Source: Candidatus Eiseniibacteriota bacterium (lineage in GTDB: Bacteria > Eisenbacteria > RBG-16-71-46). From it: DNA of 64,000 bases. A program made the position numbers and the translations under genes. Under the pieces are notes generated by a model. It ran no database searches. It had not been told where the DNA came from and saw only the letters and a program-made list of their open reading frames with translations. Where the stretch lies: the NCBI GenBank assembly GCA_044223005.1, contig JBGAML010000001.1, positions 448,001 to 512,000 on the forward strand, in the 5' to 3' direction. This document shows positions 9,197-18,529 of this stretch, in pieces (position 1 is the stretch's first letter; each line of letters begins with the position of its first letter).

Positions 9197-11001
9197 CAGC
9201 CGAGCCTCTCGGTGCCGAGCCGCATGCGCAGCGCCTGCTGCAGCTCGCGCACGGCGACGAAGACTTCCTTCAGGTGCGCGCGCTCGAGCGCCGTCAGGCC
9301 CTCGAGCCGCGCGGCGTTGCCCGCGGGGCGTCCGGCGCGGCGCGCGAGCAGCTGGTCGCGGAGCCGCAGGCGCATCAGGAACCGCAGCGCCTCCTCGAGC
9401 GTGGAGGCGCCCTCGCGGCTGAGCGTGCCCGCGGCAGCCGCGGCGGCGAGCCGGTCGATCGTGGCGCGCGCGTCCGAACCGGCCTCGAGCGCGACCACGC
9501 GCGCGAGGCCCACGATCGGCAGCAGCCCGCCCTTCTTGAGGTCGACGCCGCCGTGTTCCTCGCGGATCTGCCGGAACGCCGAGAGCGGCGGCTCGAACGC
9601 GAGCGCCGTTCGCGCGAGCTGCGCGAGGAAGCCGCGCTCGCCCGCCACCGAACGCTGCAGCGCCGCGAGCGGCTCCAGGTCCAGCGTGCCGTGCACGGCG
9701 CGCCAATCGAACAGCGTCGACGCGTCCAGCAGCGCCGGCCCGTCGGGCCGCGCGATCCAGCCGCGCACGCGGGCGACCCACTGCGCGAGCGGCAGGCCCC
9801 AGCGCGTCGCCATGTAGCCGCCCGGGCACGCCGGGAACCCGGCCGCGAGCAGCCCGTCGACCACGCGCTGCGCGAGCGCGGCGAAGTACGCCGCGTGCGC
9901 CGGGTCGCCGTCCGCCCATGCGAGGGCGTTGTCCTGGTCGGTGAGCCACACCTGCTCCATGCGGCCTTCCGAACCGCACACGAGCCACGCGTAGGCGCAG
10001 GGCGGCGGCCCGAGTGCCGATTCCGCGTCGCGCAGCAGCGCCACGACCAGCGCGTCGTTGAGGCGCGAGACCACGCGTCCCACCTGCACGGCCTCGAGCC
10101 CGGCGCCGAAGAGCGATTCGACCACGTGCTCGACTTCGCCGCGGTAGCCCGCGAGGTCGCGACCGGCCTCGAACCCCGCGAGGCGCTTGAGCAGCGCGAT
10201 CGGGCTGCGCACCTGCGCGCGCAGCAGGTCGGTGTCCGTGAGCACGCCCACCACTCGCCCGCCGCGCGCGAGCGGCGCGTGGTGCACGCGGCGCTCGAGC
10301 ATGAAGAGGAGCGCGTCGAACAGCGACGCGCCTTCGTCGAGCGTCGCGACCGGGCTCGACATCACGTCGGCCACCGGCGTCGCGGGGCCGCGGTTCTCGG
10401 CGAGCACGCGCGCGCGCAGGTCGCGATCGGTCAGGATGCCGGCCGCGCCGCCGTCGACCAGCACGGAACTCACGCCCTGGTCGCGCATGACGCGCGCCGC
10501 CTCGCCGACCGTCGCGCCCGCGGGCACGGTCACGGGCTCGCGCGTCGCGAGCTCGCGCGCCGGGCGTGCCAGCTCGGCACCCGCCGGCAGAGCCTCCCAC
10601 GACGACGCGCGCCGCAGCCGGTCCGCCAGGTCGAGCAGGAAGAACTCCGCGAACGCCGGCGAGTGCTCCATGAGCCGGTCGAACAGGTCGGCCGGTATGC
10701 GGTAGGCGAGCACGTCCTCGGCGGCGATCGCGTCGACGTGCGGGCTCACGCGCCCGATCAGCGACGGGAAGCCGAACGCGTCGCCCTCTTCGAGCACCTG
10801 CACGAGCCGGCCGTCGCGCTCCAGGCGCACCGAGCCCTTGCGCACGACGTGGAGGTGCGTCGCCTGCGGCCCGCCACGGCGCAGCACCGTTTCGCCGCGG
10901 GGCAGCAGCACGACCTCGAGGCCGTGCTCGAGCCACCGGCGCTCCTCGGGGAGCAGGCGGTCGAACGGCGGGTGCGTCTGCAGGAACTCGAGCGGTTCCA
11001 C
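9196..11001 (-). CDS. cNMP-binding/CBS/DUF294 putative nucleotidyltransferase
   Basis: N-terminal cNMP-binding domain, CBS pair (GILTDRDLR), GSEGRMEQ..TDQDNAL NTase motif, DLKKGG. Confidence 0.9.
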   Translation of the reverse strand: MEPLEFLQTHPPFDRLLPEERRWLEHGLEVVLLPRGETVLRRGGPQATHLHVVRKGSVRLERDGRLVQVLEEGDAFGFPSLIGRVSPHVDAIAAEDVLAYRIPADLFDRLMEHSPAFAEFFLLDLADRLRRASSWEALPAGAELARPARELATREPVTVPAGATVGEAARVMRDQGVSSVLVDGGAAGILTDRDLRARVLAENRGPATPVADVMSSPVATLDEGASLFDALLFMLERRVHHAPLARGGRVVGVLTDTDLLRAQVRSPIALLKRLAGFEAGRDLAGYRGEVEHVVESLFGAGLEAVQVGRVVSRLNDALVVALLRDAESALGPPPCAYAWLVCGSEGRMEQVWLTDQDNALAWADGDPAHAAYFAALAQRVVDGLLAAGFPACPGGYMATRWGLPLAQWVARVRGWIARPDGPALLDASTLFDWRAVHGTLDLEPLAALQRSVAGERGFLAQLARTALAFEPPLSAFRQIREEHGGVDLKKGGLLPIVGLARVVALEAGSDARATIDRLAAAAAAGTLSREGASTLEEALRFLMRLRLRDQLLARRAGRPAGNAARLEGLTALERAHLKEVFVAVRELQQALRMRLGTERLG

Positions 11002-11240
11002 GACGGCATCGCTCCCCCGCCGATGCCCGCGATCCGCACCGCGGGGACCGGCGCCTTCGGAAGACGCGCCTCCCGGGAGTGCACCCGGCGGGGCACCGCC
11101 GCGCGACGCTCCAGGTCACCCTGGAGAAGCAGACCGCCCGAAGGGCCCCAACCCGGTCCGGACGTCGCGCATCGGCACGGGCATCGTAGCGAGGGAGGCC
11201 CCGGGGCGAAAGCACTTCCGCCGGAGGGGGCCGAAAGGCG

Positions 11241-11888
11241 CTACAGCCCGCCGTCGCGGATGAGCGTCACCGGCAGTTCGCGCACGTAGTCGCCGGCGGC
11301 GCGGCGGAACCCCATGCGCTCGAGGTAGGCCGCATGGCGCGGATGGCCCGGGGCCGACACGAAGCGGTGCACGCCACGCGAGCGGAACCAGCCCGAGCGC
11401 TCCTCGAACAGGAACTTGCCGACCGCGAAATCGCGATAGCCGGGAATCACGTAGTCGAGCAGCACGCGTGCCGTGGACTCCTCGCGGCGCGCGATCATCA
11501 CGCCCGCGGGGACCATGTTGCGCAGCACGAGCAGGTTCAGGTGTCCGGCTTCGGGTTCGTACGTGTAGTCCGGCACGAAGCCCGCGATGTCCTTGCGATG
11601 GAAGTCGACGAAGCCGCGCAGGTACTCGCTGTCGTGCGCGACCTCGAGCAGCGTGAAGTAATCGCGCTGTCGCAGCATCTGCACGAGGAAGTACAGGTCG
11701 ACGATCGCGATGAGGCCGTTCAGGCCCGCGACCGGATACGCGTGGATCAGCACGCCGTAGAGCGACAGCATGAGCGCGCCGACCAGGTTGAGCAGGCGCA
11801 GGCGCAGCAGGGATTTCATCATCAGGGACACCGCCACCATCACCGACGCGGCGTAGCCCAGCATCTCGAGCGCGGCGTGCGCGTTCAT
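11241..11888 (-). CDS. YgjV-like membrane protein with a C-terminal GNAT-like domain
   Basis: GYAAS..AVSLMM..LRLLNLVG TM region; LDYVIPGYRD..GKFL..YLERMGF. Confidence 0.65.
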   Translation of the reverse strand: MNAHAALEMLGYAASVMVAVSLMMKSLLRLRLLNLVGALMLSLYGVLIHAYPVAGLNGLIAIVDLYFLVQMLRQRDYFTLLEVAHDSEYLRGFVDFHRKDIAGFVPDYTYEPEAGHLNLLVLRNMVPAGVMIARREESTARVLLDYVIPGYRDFAVGKFLFEERSGWFRSRGVHRFVSAPGHPRHAAYLERMGFRRAAGDYVRELPVTLIRDGGL

Positions 11889-11943
11889 GCTTCGTCTCCT
11901 CCTCCGGAATGCCGTTGTGTTCCGCGCGATCGCGCCCGCGCGT

Positions 11944-12624
11944 TCACGCGCCGGACGCGACCGCCGCGAGGAACGCGCCGGCCTCTTCGATCACGTCGCC
12001 GGTCCACTCGTGACCGGCGCCTTCGACGATGCGGGCGCTCGCGTACGCGCCGGCCTCGCGCAGCAGCGCTTCGTCGCGCCGCACGAGCGCCTCGCCGTAG
12101 TACCCGTCGCGCGAGCCCGTGACGATCCGCACGCGCGGCCACGGTCGCTCGGGCGATGTGCGCAGCTCGGGCGGCAGGTCGCCTGCGACCGCCAGCACGC
12201 CGGCCGCGGGCCGGCGCCCGAGCGCCGCCGCGCGGTAGGCCATGCCGACGCCCTGCGAGAAGCCCGCATGCACGATCCGCGCGGGCTCGCCGTGCTCGCG
12301 CGCGAGCGCGTCGAGCACCGCGTCCACGTACGCGACGTTGTCCGCGATCGCGAGCTCGCGATCCTGCCGCGTCATCCAGTTCGCCACCACGTCCTCGCTG
12401 CGGTTGTAGAACGCGTGCAGCGCCTGCACCGCGACCACGAGCCAGCCGTCCGCGCCCGGAACGGGCCGGAGCAGGTCGAGCATGATCTCGGCGTTCTGCG
12501 CGTAGCCGTGGTAGCCGACGAACCAGCCGCGAGCCGGCGCCGTGCGAGCGGGTTGCACGAGGTAGCGGCCGTGGACCGGGGTCGCGACATGGCGCGGGGT
12601 GGGAGCGGAACCTTCCGGGGACAA
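11944..12624 (-). CDS. Phospholipase/carboxylesterase (alpha/beta hydrolase)
   Basis: HGYAQ, GFSQG nucleophile elbow, GSRD, GHE. Confidence 0.85.
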   Translation of the reverse strand: MSPEGSAPTPRHVATPVHGRYLVQPARTAPARGWFVGYHGYAQNAEIMLDLLRPVPGADGWLVVAVQALHAFYNRSEDVVANWMTRQDRELAIADNVAYVDAVLDALAREHGEPARIVHAGFSQGVGMAYRAAALGRRPAAGVLAVAGDLPPELRTSPERPWPRVRIVTGSRDGYYGEALVRRDEALLREAGAYASARIVEGAGHEWTGDVIEEAGAFLAAVASGA

Positions 12625-12700
12625 GCGCCCCTCCTTTCAGGGGGGCGCAATGTAGAGCATGGGCGCCGCGCCCGCGAACCGGGCCGGCGCGAAAACGACG

Positions 12701-12729
12701 CGGCCCCGGCGTGTGGGGCGCCGGGGCCG
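12701..12729 (-). terminator. Intrinsic terminator-like hairpin
   Basis: cggccccggcg / cgccggggccg stem followed on the minus strand by cgtcgtttt. Confidence 0.6.
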
Positions 12730-12751
12730 GTTCGATGCGAAGAACGAATCG

Positions 12752-13342
12752 CTACGCCGCTTCCTTGAAGACGATGTCGATCGCGAGGCCCGCGGCGAGC
12801 AGCAGCGGCGCGTGATCGGCCGAGCGCGTCGTCTGGTCATGCAACGCGATCACGTAGTTGTCGGCGGAGGTGAAGAACTCCTTGCCGATCCCCGCCCACT
12901 TCTTGGTCACGACGCCGAGCTCCTGGCCGTGCGCGTCGAGGAAGCGGAAGTTCCAGCCCTTCCAGTCGCCCTTCACCTCGCCCAGCTTCTGGCCCGCCGG
13001 ATCGAGGAGGTCGAAGCCGCCACCGATCGTGAACAGTTTGCTGCGTAGCCGGCCGATGTCGCCGCGCGTCGCGTGGTGCACCGCGACCGTGCTGCGGAGG
13101 AACCCGTGTTTCTTGCGCAGCTCGAGCACGGGCGGAGCGGCCTCGTGTTCGTAGACGCGCACGATGGTCGGCAGCAGCGCCTTCTTGAGGACGAAGCGCA
13201 GGAGCTTCACCCAGAGCGGCGGTTCTTCCTTGGCGATCCCGATCTTGTCCTTCGTCTCGGGATCCAGGATGTCGTACGTGTCGGTGATCCGGAGCACGGC
13301 GACGCGCTCCTTCACGAAGAACGTGCGGCGATCGAGCAGCAT
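12752..13342 (-). CDS. Scramblase/LURP-one (Tubby C-terminal-like) family protein
   Basis: FVKERV..TDTYDILDP, VKGDWKGWNF, KEFFTSADNY, LAAGLAID. Confidence 0.8.
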   Translation of the reverse strand: MLLDRRTFFVKERVAVLRITDTYDILDPETKDKIGIAKEEPPLWVKLLRFVLKKALLPTIVRVYEHEAAPPVLELRKKHGFLRSTVAVHHATRGDIGRLRSKLFTIGGGFDLLDPAGQKLGEVKGDWKGWNFRFLDAHGQELGVVTKKWAGIGKEFFTSADNYVIALHDQTTRSADHAPLLLAAGLAIDIVFKEAA

Positions 13343-13449
13343 GGCGGCCTCGCAGGTGGGGCGTCCCCTCGACAGGAACCAGCGTCCGGGAGTGATCGGC
13401 TCCTCTCGCCGGGGGCTTGAGGCGGCCGATCCTGCCGCAGTCCGGCGCG

Positions 13450-14322
13450 TCAGCGGTACTCGAAAAGCACGTACCCGTCGGCACTCCGGCCGGGACCGCG
13501 CCGGTACGCGTCCCACGGCACCGCGACCACGCGGCCCGCGAGGCTCGACGCGTGCACCAGCGTGCGGCCGCGCCAGAGCAGCGACTCGTGCGTCACGTCG
13601 AGCCCGTCGCCGAGCGTGCGGCGATGCACGAACGCGACGCCCACGACCTCCGGCAGCCGGCCCGCGTCCGCCCACGCCGCGAAGTGCGCGCCGAGCGGCG
13701 CGGGCACCACGGCCAGCGTCTCGGGCCGCGTCCACTCGATCGGGATCCAGCGGCCACCGTTCGCGCGCGCGTTGAGCGTCACCGGCCAGCGCCGCACGTC
13801 GCGCCCGGCGACGCGCGCGCCCACGTCGCGGAAGTACGGCGAGCGTGCGAGCCGCTCGCTCGTGAAATGAAAACGGCTCGCGTACCCGACCACGCCGTCG
13901 CGGTAGCCCGCGAGCGCCATCGCGGCGCGCTCGCCGCCCGCGTCGGAAGCGTGCGCGAGCGCGGCGCTCACCAGCTGGAGCGCGGTGCAGTCGGTGACGT
14001 CGAAGCGCAGCAGCGCGTCCGTGTCGGGCGGCGCTCCCTCGCCCAGCGGGCCGAGCTGGTAGGGCGTTCCGACCTGCAGGAACTCGAGCGCCGCCACCCG
14101 CCGCGGCACCGGCCGCGCCGCGAGCGCGGCCTCGAGCGCCGCGCGCTGCGTGGAATCGAGCGCCGCGAGCCGCGGTAGCGACGTGTCCGCGAGCGCCGGC
14201 GGCGGCCCATCGAGCGCGCGCAGCAGCCGCGCGAACGCCGGCGCCGGGGCGGTCGCGAACGCGCACGGCGCGCACGCGAACAGCACGACGACGGCGAGGG
14301 CGATCCGGCAAGGCGCGCGCAT
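13450..14322 (-). CDS. DUF1460 N-acetylmuramoyl-L-alanine amidase-like protein (NlpC/P60 fold)
   Basis: Signal peptide, GTPYQLGPLGEG, DCT catalytic Cys, RFHFT, LDVTH, HASS. Confidence 0.8.
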   Translation of the reverse strand: MRAPCRIALAVVVLFACAPCAFATAPAPAFARLLRALDGPPPALADTSLPRLAALDSTQRAALEAALAARPVPRRVAALEFLQVGTPYQLGPLGEGAPPDTDALLRFDVTDCTALQLVSAALAHASDAGGERAAMALAGYRDGVVGYASRFHFTSERLARSPYFRDVGARVAGRDVRRWPVTLNARANGGRWIPIEWTRPETLAVVPAPLGAHFAAWADAGRLPEVVGVAFVHRRTLGDGLDVTHESLLWRGRTLVHASSLAGRVVAVPWDAYRRGPGRSADGYVLFEYR

Positions 14323-14436
14323 GCGGCGCAGCATGACCGGTTCGCAGTGGCGGCTCAAGAATCCCGCGGGCTATCCTCCACGCTCCCCCGCACGCCACGG
14401 AGCCCACCCCTCACCGCCGCGCCGGAGGATTCCCGC

Positions 14437-15453
14437 ATGCGTACGCCGCTCCGCATCGTCCTCGCCCTCGTCATCGCAACCGCCGCCCTCGCCGCACTGG
14501 GCACCGGCTGCGCGAAGCACGACTCGCTCACCCGCTCCACCGCGCCCTCGACCGACTCCGTCGCCCGCCCCGGCACCGCCTACGGCCGCGCGATCGCCGC
14601 GCGCGCGAGCACGCGCTGGCTCGCGATCGACGGCGTGGTCGGCGACGGCATCGCGATCGAGCCCGATGGCTCGTCGAGCATCCTGGTGCTCACCTCACGG
14701 CCCGGCGTCGTGCTGCCCGCCACCGTGCAGGGCGTCCCCGTGCGCACGCGCGTGACGGGGCGCTTCCATGCGTTCGGCCTCACCGAGCGGCTGCGCCCGG
14801 TGCCGATCGGCGCCTCGCTCGGCAGCAACAAGGAGTGCCTCCCCGGCACCGTCGGGGCGATCCTCGAGCGCAACGGCCGCCGGTACGTGCTCAGCGCGAA
14901 TCACATCCTCGCGCGCGAGAACCAGGCGCGGATCGGCGAGGACGCCGTGCAGCCGAGCCGCGTGGACGGCTCGAACGAGTGCGACGCGCTGCCGCGCCGG
15001 TTCGTGATCGGCCGGCTCGCCGACTACGAGCCCGTGCACTTCGACGGCACGCCGAACCTCATGGACGCCGCGATCGCCGAGCTGAACACCGCCACCACCG
15101 CGGCAACGCCGCGCGGCATGTACGGCGCGCCGGACGACGACGCGGTGAACCCCGCGATGGGCATGGCGATCATGAAGGTGGGCCGTACCACCGGGCAGAC
15201 CACGGGGACGATCGTGGCGACCGACGTCGAGGTCACGCTCTCGCTGCCGCTGGGCGACGCGGTGTACGCGAACCAGTTCCTCACCACCGAGGTGTTCGGC
15301 GATTTCGGGGATTCGGGCTCCCTGGTGGTGACGCGCGACCGGCGCCACCATCCCGTGGGCATGGTGATCGGCGGCGACGAGACCGGCTCCGCGGTCTGCT
15401 CGCCGATCCGGCCGATCCTCGCGCGCTTCCACGCGCGTATCGCGCGTCCGTGA
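14437..15453 (+). CDS. Lipoprotein trypsin-like (Nal1-like) serine protease
   Basis: Lipobox LGTGC; triad motifs SANHIL, DAAIA, GDSGS; KVGRTTG. Confidence 0.8.
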   Translation: MRTPLRIVLALVIATAALAALGTGCAKHDSLTRSTAPSTDSVARPGTAYGRAIAARASTRWLAIDGVVGDGIAIEPDGSSSILVLTSRPGVVLPATVQGVPVRTRVTGRFHAFGLTERLRPVPIGASLGSNKECLPGTVGAILERNGRRYVLSANHILARENQARIGEDAVQPSRVDGSNECDALPRRFVIGRLADYEPVHFDGTPNLMDAAIAELNTATTAATPRGMYGAPDDDAVNPAMGMAIMKVGRTTGQTTGTIVATDVEVTLSLPLGDAVYANQFLTTEVFGDFGDSGSLVVTRDRRHHPVGMVIGGDETGSAVCSPIRPILARFHARIARP

Positions 15454-15567
15454 CGCGTTCATGAGCCGCGCGCCGCCGCGCCGGGACGTTACCGTCCCGG
15501 CGCGGCGCGCGCGTTCGCGCTTCCCGCCTGGGCGTGGCAGCTGCCGCTGCTCGCGGCGTGGCTCGCC

Positions 15568-17085
15568 GTGGTGGTGGCGGTTTCGACGCGGCACGAGCTG
15601 TGGCGCGACGAGGTGCGGGCGTTCTCGCTCGCGCTGGACGGCCCCAACCTGTTCGCGATGTTGCCGGGACTGCGCGGCGAGGGGCATCCGTTCCTCTGGT
15701 ACGCGGTGCTGCGGATCGTGCACATGCTGGTGCGCTCGCCGCTCGCGCTGCCCGTCGCGAGCCTCGCGGTCGCGCTCGCCGCGGCGATCGTGTTCGTGCT
15801 CCGCGCTCCGTTCTCGCCCGCGCGCAAGGCCGTGTTCCTGTTCGGTTCGCTGCCCGCGTTCGAGTACGCCGTCATGTGCCGCAACTACGGACTCGGGATG
15901 CTGCTGCTCTTCCTGCTCGCCCTCACCGAGCCGCGCCGGTTCGAGCGCCCGCTCGTGTGGGGCTCGCTGCTCTTCCTGCTCGCCAGCGCGAGCGCGCACG
16001 CGGCGATGCTGGCGGCGATTTTCGCGCTTTGCTGGACGGCCCTCGCGATGCTCGGGCGCCCCACCCCGCTCGCGCCGGAGCGCCGCGGCGCGTTCGCCGG
16101 CGCGCTGGCGCTGGTCGCCGCGGGGCTCGCCGCGTGCGCGTGGCTCACGTTCCCCGCGCCCGACTCGGCGGTGACGAGCATCGCGCGCGCGGATCCCGGC
16201 GCACTCGCCGGCGCGGCGCTCGCCACGCTGCTGCGGCCGGGCGAGAAGCTGGTCGAGCTCGTGACGGGCGGCCTGCCGCTGGTGCTCGTCAGCCTCGACT
16301 CCCCCGCCGGGCACGCGATCGCGGAATGGATCGCCACGGCATTCGTGCTGCTCGCCGCATGGCGGCTCCGCCGGCATCGCGAGCTGCTCGCCGCGTGGAT
16401 CCTCGCGGTGCTCGCGTTCGGGCTCTTCTTCCGCGTCGTCTACACGGGCTGGCTGCGGCACGTGGGCCAGCTCTACGTCGCGCTCTTGGCGATCGAGTGG
16501 ATCGCGCGCCGCCGCGAGGCGGGCGAGACGCGCCCGTGGGAGCGGACCGCGTTCGCGGCCGCGCTCTTCGCCGTCATGGCCTTGCACGCGTGGCAGGGCG
16601 TGCGCGCGCTGCAGCGCGACTGGGGACACTCGCTCTCCAACGGCGGCGCGTTCGCCGCGTTCGTGAACGCCCGCCCCGAGGACCGCGATGCGATCGTGAT
16701 CTGCGAGCCCGACTACCTGCTCGAAACGCTGCCCGCGTACCTGCCGAACCGGCTCTGGTCGATCGAGGAAGGCGGCTTCCGGCGGTGGACGCACTTCTCG
16801 CGCAGCCGCCACGACACGCTCGCGCTGGGGACCGTGATCGACCAGGCCGACTCGCTCGCACGCGCGGACCACGCGCCCGTGCTGATCGCGCTCGGCCAGC
16901 TGCAGGTGCTCGCGGACACCGCGGGATGCGTGCCGTACCGCTATTCGTCGTGGTTCTCGTGGACGTCGCGCGAACGCGACCGGCTCGCCGGCGAAACGAG
17001 CACGCTCGGCGGCTTCCTGCATTCCGACGGCAGCGAGAACGTCGCGGTATTTCGTATTCCCGCGGGCGGCATCCCCGCGCATTGA
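15568..17085 (+). CDS. Polytopic membrane protein, probable GT-C glycosyltransferase (true start probably upstream)
   Basis: HELWRDE after TM1, EGHPFLWY, EYAVMCRNY, about 11 TM segments. Confidence 0.65.
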   Translation: MVVAVSTRHELWRDEVRAFSLALDGPNLFAMLPGLRGEGHPFLWYAVLRIVHMLVRSPLALPVASLAVALAAAIVFVLRAPFSPARKAVFLFGSLPAFEYAVMCRNYGLGMLLLFLLALTEPRRFERPLVWGSLLFLLASASAHAAMLAAIFALCWTALAMLGRPTPLAPERRGAFAGALALVAAGLAACAWLTFPAPDSAVTSIARADPGALAGAALATLLRPGEKLVELVTGGLPLVLVSLDSPAGHAIAEWIATAFVLLAAWRLRRHRELLAAWILAVLAFGLFFRVVYTGWLRHVGQLYVALLAIEWIARRREAGETRPWERTAFAAALFAVMALHAWQGVRALQRDWGHSLSNGGAFAAFVNARPEDRDAIVICEPDYLLETLPAYLPNRLWSIEEGGFRRWTHFSRSRHDTLALGTVIDQADSLARADHAPVLIALGQLQVLADTAGCVPYRYSSWFSWTSRERDRLAGETSTLGGFLHSDGSENVAVFRIPAGGIPAH

Positions 17086-17159
17086 CCGTGCGAACGCGCA
17101 CCCGCTCGCGCGATCGGTGCGCGACACGGGTCGCCGGAATGCGATAAGCTCCCCGTCCT

Positions 17160-17870
17160 ATGCCCACTCCGCACATCGGTGCCCAGCCCGGCGACTTCGC
17201 CGACACGGTCCTCATGCCCGGCGATCCCCTGCGCGCCGAGCACATCGCGAACACCTTCCTGAAGGACGTGCGCCGGGTCACCGACGTGCGCAACACTTGG
17301 GGCTACACCGGCACGTACGAAGGCCGGAGGCTCTCGGTGATGGCGCACGGCATGGGGATTCCCTCGTGCTCGATCTACGCCACCGAGCTGATCCGCGAGT
17401 ACGGCGTGAAGACGCTGTTCCGCGTCGGCAGCTGTGGCGCGCTCGCGCCGGCGGCGAAGCTCGGCGACGTGATCGTCGCGATGGGCGCCTCGACCGATTC
17501 CAAGGTCAACCGCCTGCGCTTCATGGACCACGACTTCGCGGCGATCGCCGACTTCGGGCTGGTCGAACGCGCGGTGAACGCCGCGCGCGCGCAGGGCACG
17601 CCGATCCAGGTCGGCAACGTGTTCTCGTCCGACCTCTTCTACACGCCGCAGCCGCAGGTGTTCGACGTGCTCGAGAAGATGGGCGTGCTGGGTGTGGAGA
17701 TGGAAGCCGCCGGCCTCTACGGCGTCGCGGCCGAGCACGGCGTGAAGGCGCTCACGATCCTCACCGTGAGCGACCACATCCGACGCGGCGAGCACCTGTC
17801 GGCGGACGAGCGCCGCACGTCGTTCGACGCGATGATCCGCATCGCGCTCGCCGCCGCGATCGCGGCGTAG
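17160..17870 (+). CDS. deoD: Purine nucleoside phosphorylase DeoD
   Basis: [34 protein letters not shown]. Confidence 0.97.
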   Translation: MPTPHIGAQPGDFADTVLMPGDPLRAEHIANTFLKDVRRVTDVRNTWGYTGTYEGRRLSVMAHGMGIPSCSIYATELIREYGVKTLFRVGSCGALAPAAKLGDVIVAMGASTDSKVNRLRFMDHDFAAIADFGLVERAVNAARAQGTPIQVGNVFSSDLFYTPQPQVFDVLEKMGVLGVEMEAAGLYGVAAEHGVKALTILTVSDHIRRGEHLSADERRTSFDAMIRIALAAAIAA

Positions 17871-17877
17871 GCGCGCG

Positions 17878-18423
17878 GTGGGCGACGTCGCGATCCGGCT
17901 CGCGACCGCGGCCGACGAGGCCGCGCTCGGACGCTGGGGCGGCGCGCTCATGCGCCAGCACCACGAGTTCGATCCGCAGCGGTTCATCCGCACCGAGCAC
18001 CCCGAGGCCGGCTACGGCCGCTTCCTGGTCTCGCAGCTCGCCGACGAAGAATCGGTGGTGCTGGTCGCCGACCGGGACGGCGAGGTGATCGGCTATGCGT
18101 TCGCGAGCCTCGAACCCATGAGCTGGAAGGACCTGCGCGCGCCGTGCGGCTACCTGCACGACGTGTTCGTGGACCCGGCCGCGCGCGGCGCCGGCGCGGG
18201 CACGCGCCTCGTGCGCGGCGCGATCGAGTGGCTGCAGGCCCACGGCGCCCCGCGCGTGGTGCTGATGAGCGCCGCGCGCAACGAACCCGCGCGGCGGCTG
18301 TTCGCGCGGCTCGGATTCCGCGAGACGATGGTCGAGATGACGCGGGAGGCCGACGCGGGCGGAGGCGCTCCCGCGCGCCTCCCATGGGAGTCCGCGGGCG
18401 AATCGGCAACCTCACCGGTGTAG
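17878..18423 (+). CDS. GNAT N-acetyltransferase
   Basis: VFVDPAARGAGAG acetyl-CoA motif, N..A..LF.RLGF. Confidence 0.88.
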   Translation: MGDVAIRLATAADEAALGRWGGALMRQHHEFDPQRFIRTEHPEAGYGRFLVSQLADEESVVLVADRDGEVIGYAFASLEPMSWKDLRAPCGYLHDVFVDPAARGAGAGTRLVRGAIEWLQAHGAPRVVLMSAARNEPARRLFARLGFRETMVEMTREADAGGGAPARLPWESAGESATSPV

Positions 18424-18529
18424 ACTGCGGCGGCAGCACGGGCACGGGCCCCCACGAGCCCACGCGTCTCCCCGACTCCTTCCGCGGCGCCACTCCGCGT
18501 GGCGACGCCCGCCCGATCGAGGTTGCCCG

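Noticed and set aside
11121..11160. Glycine-riboswitch-like words (CTGGAGA..CCGAAGG)
   Set aside because: On the wrong strand for the downstream operon and lacking the CTCTCAGG element.
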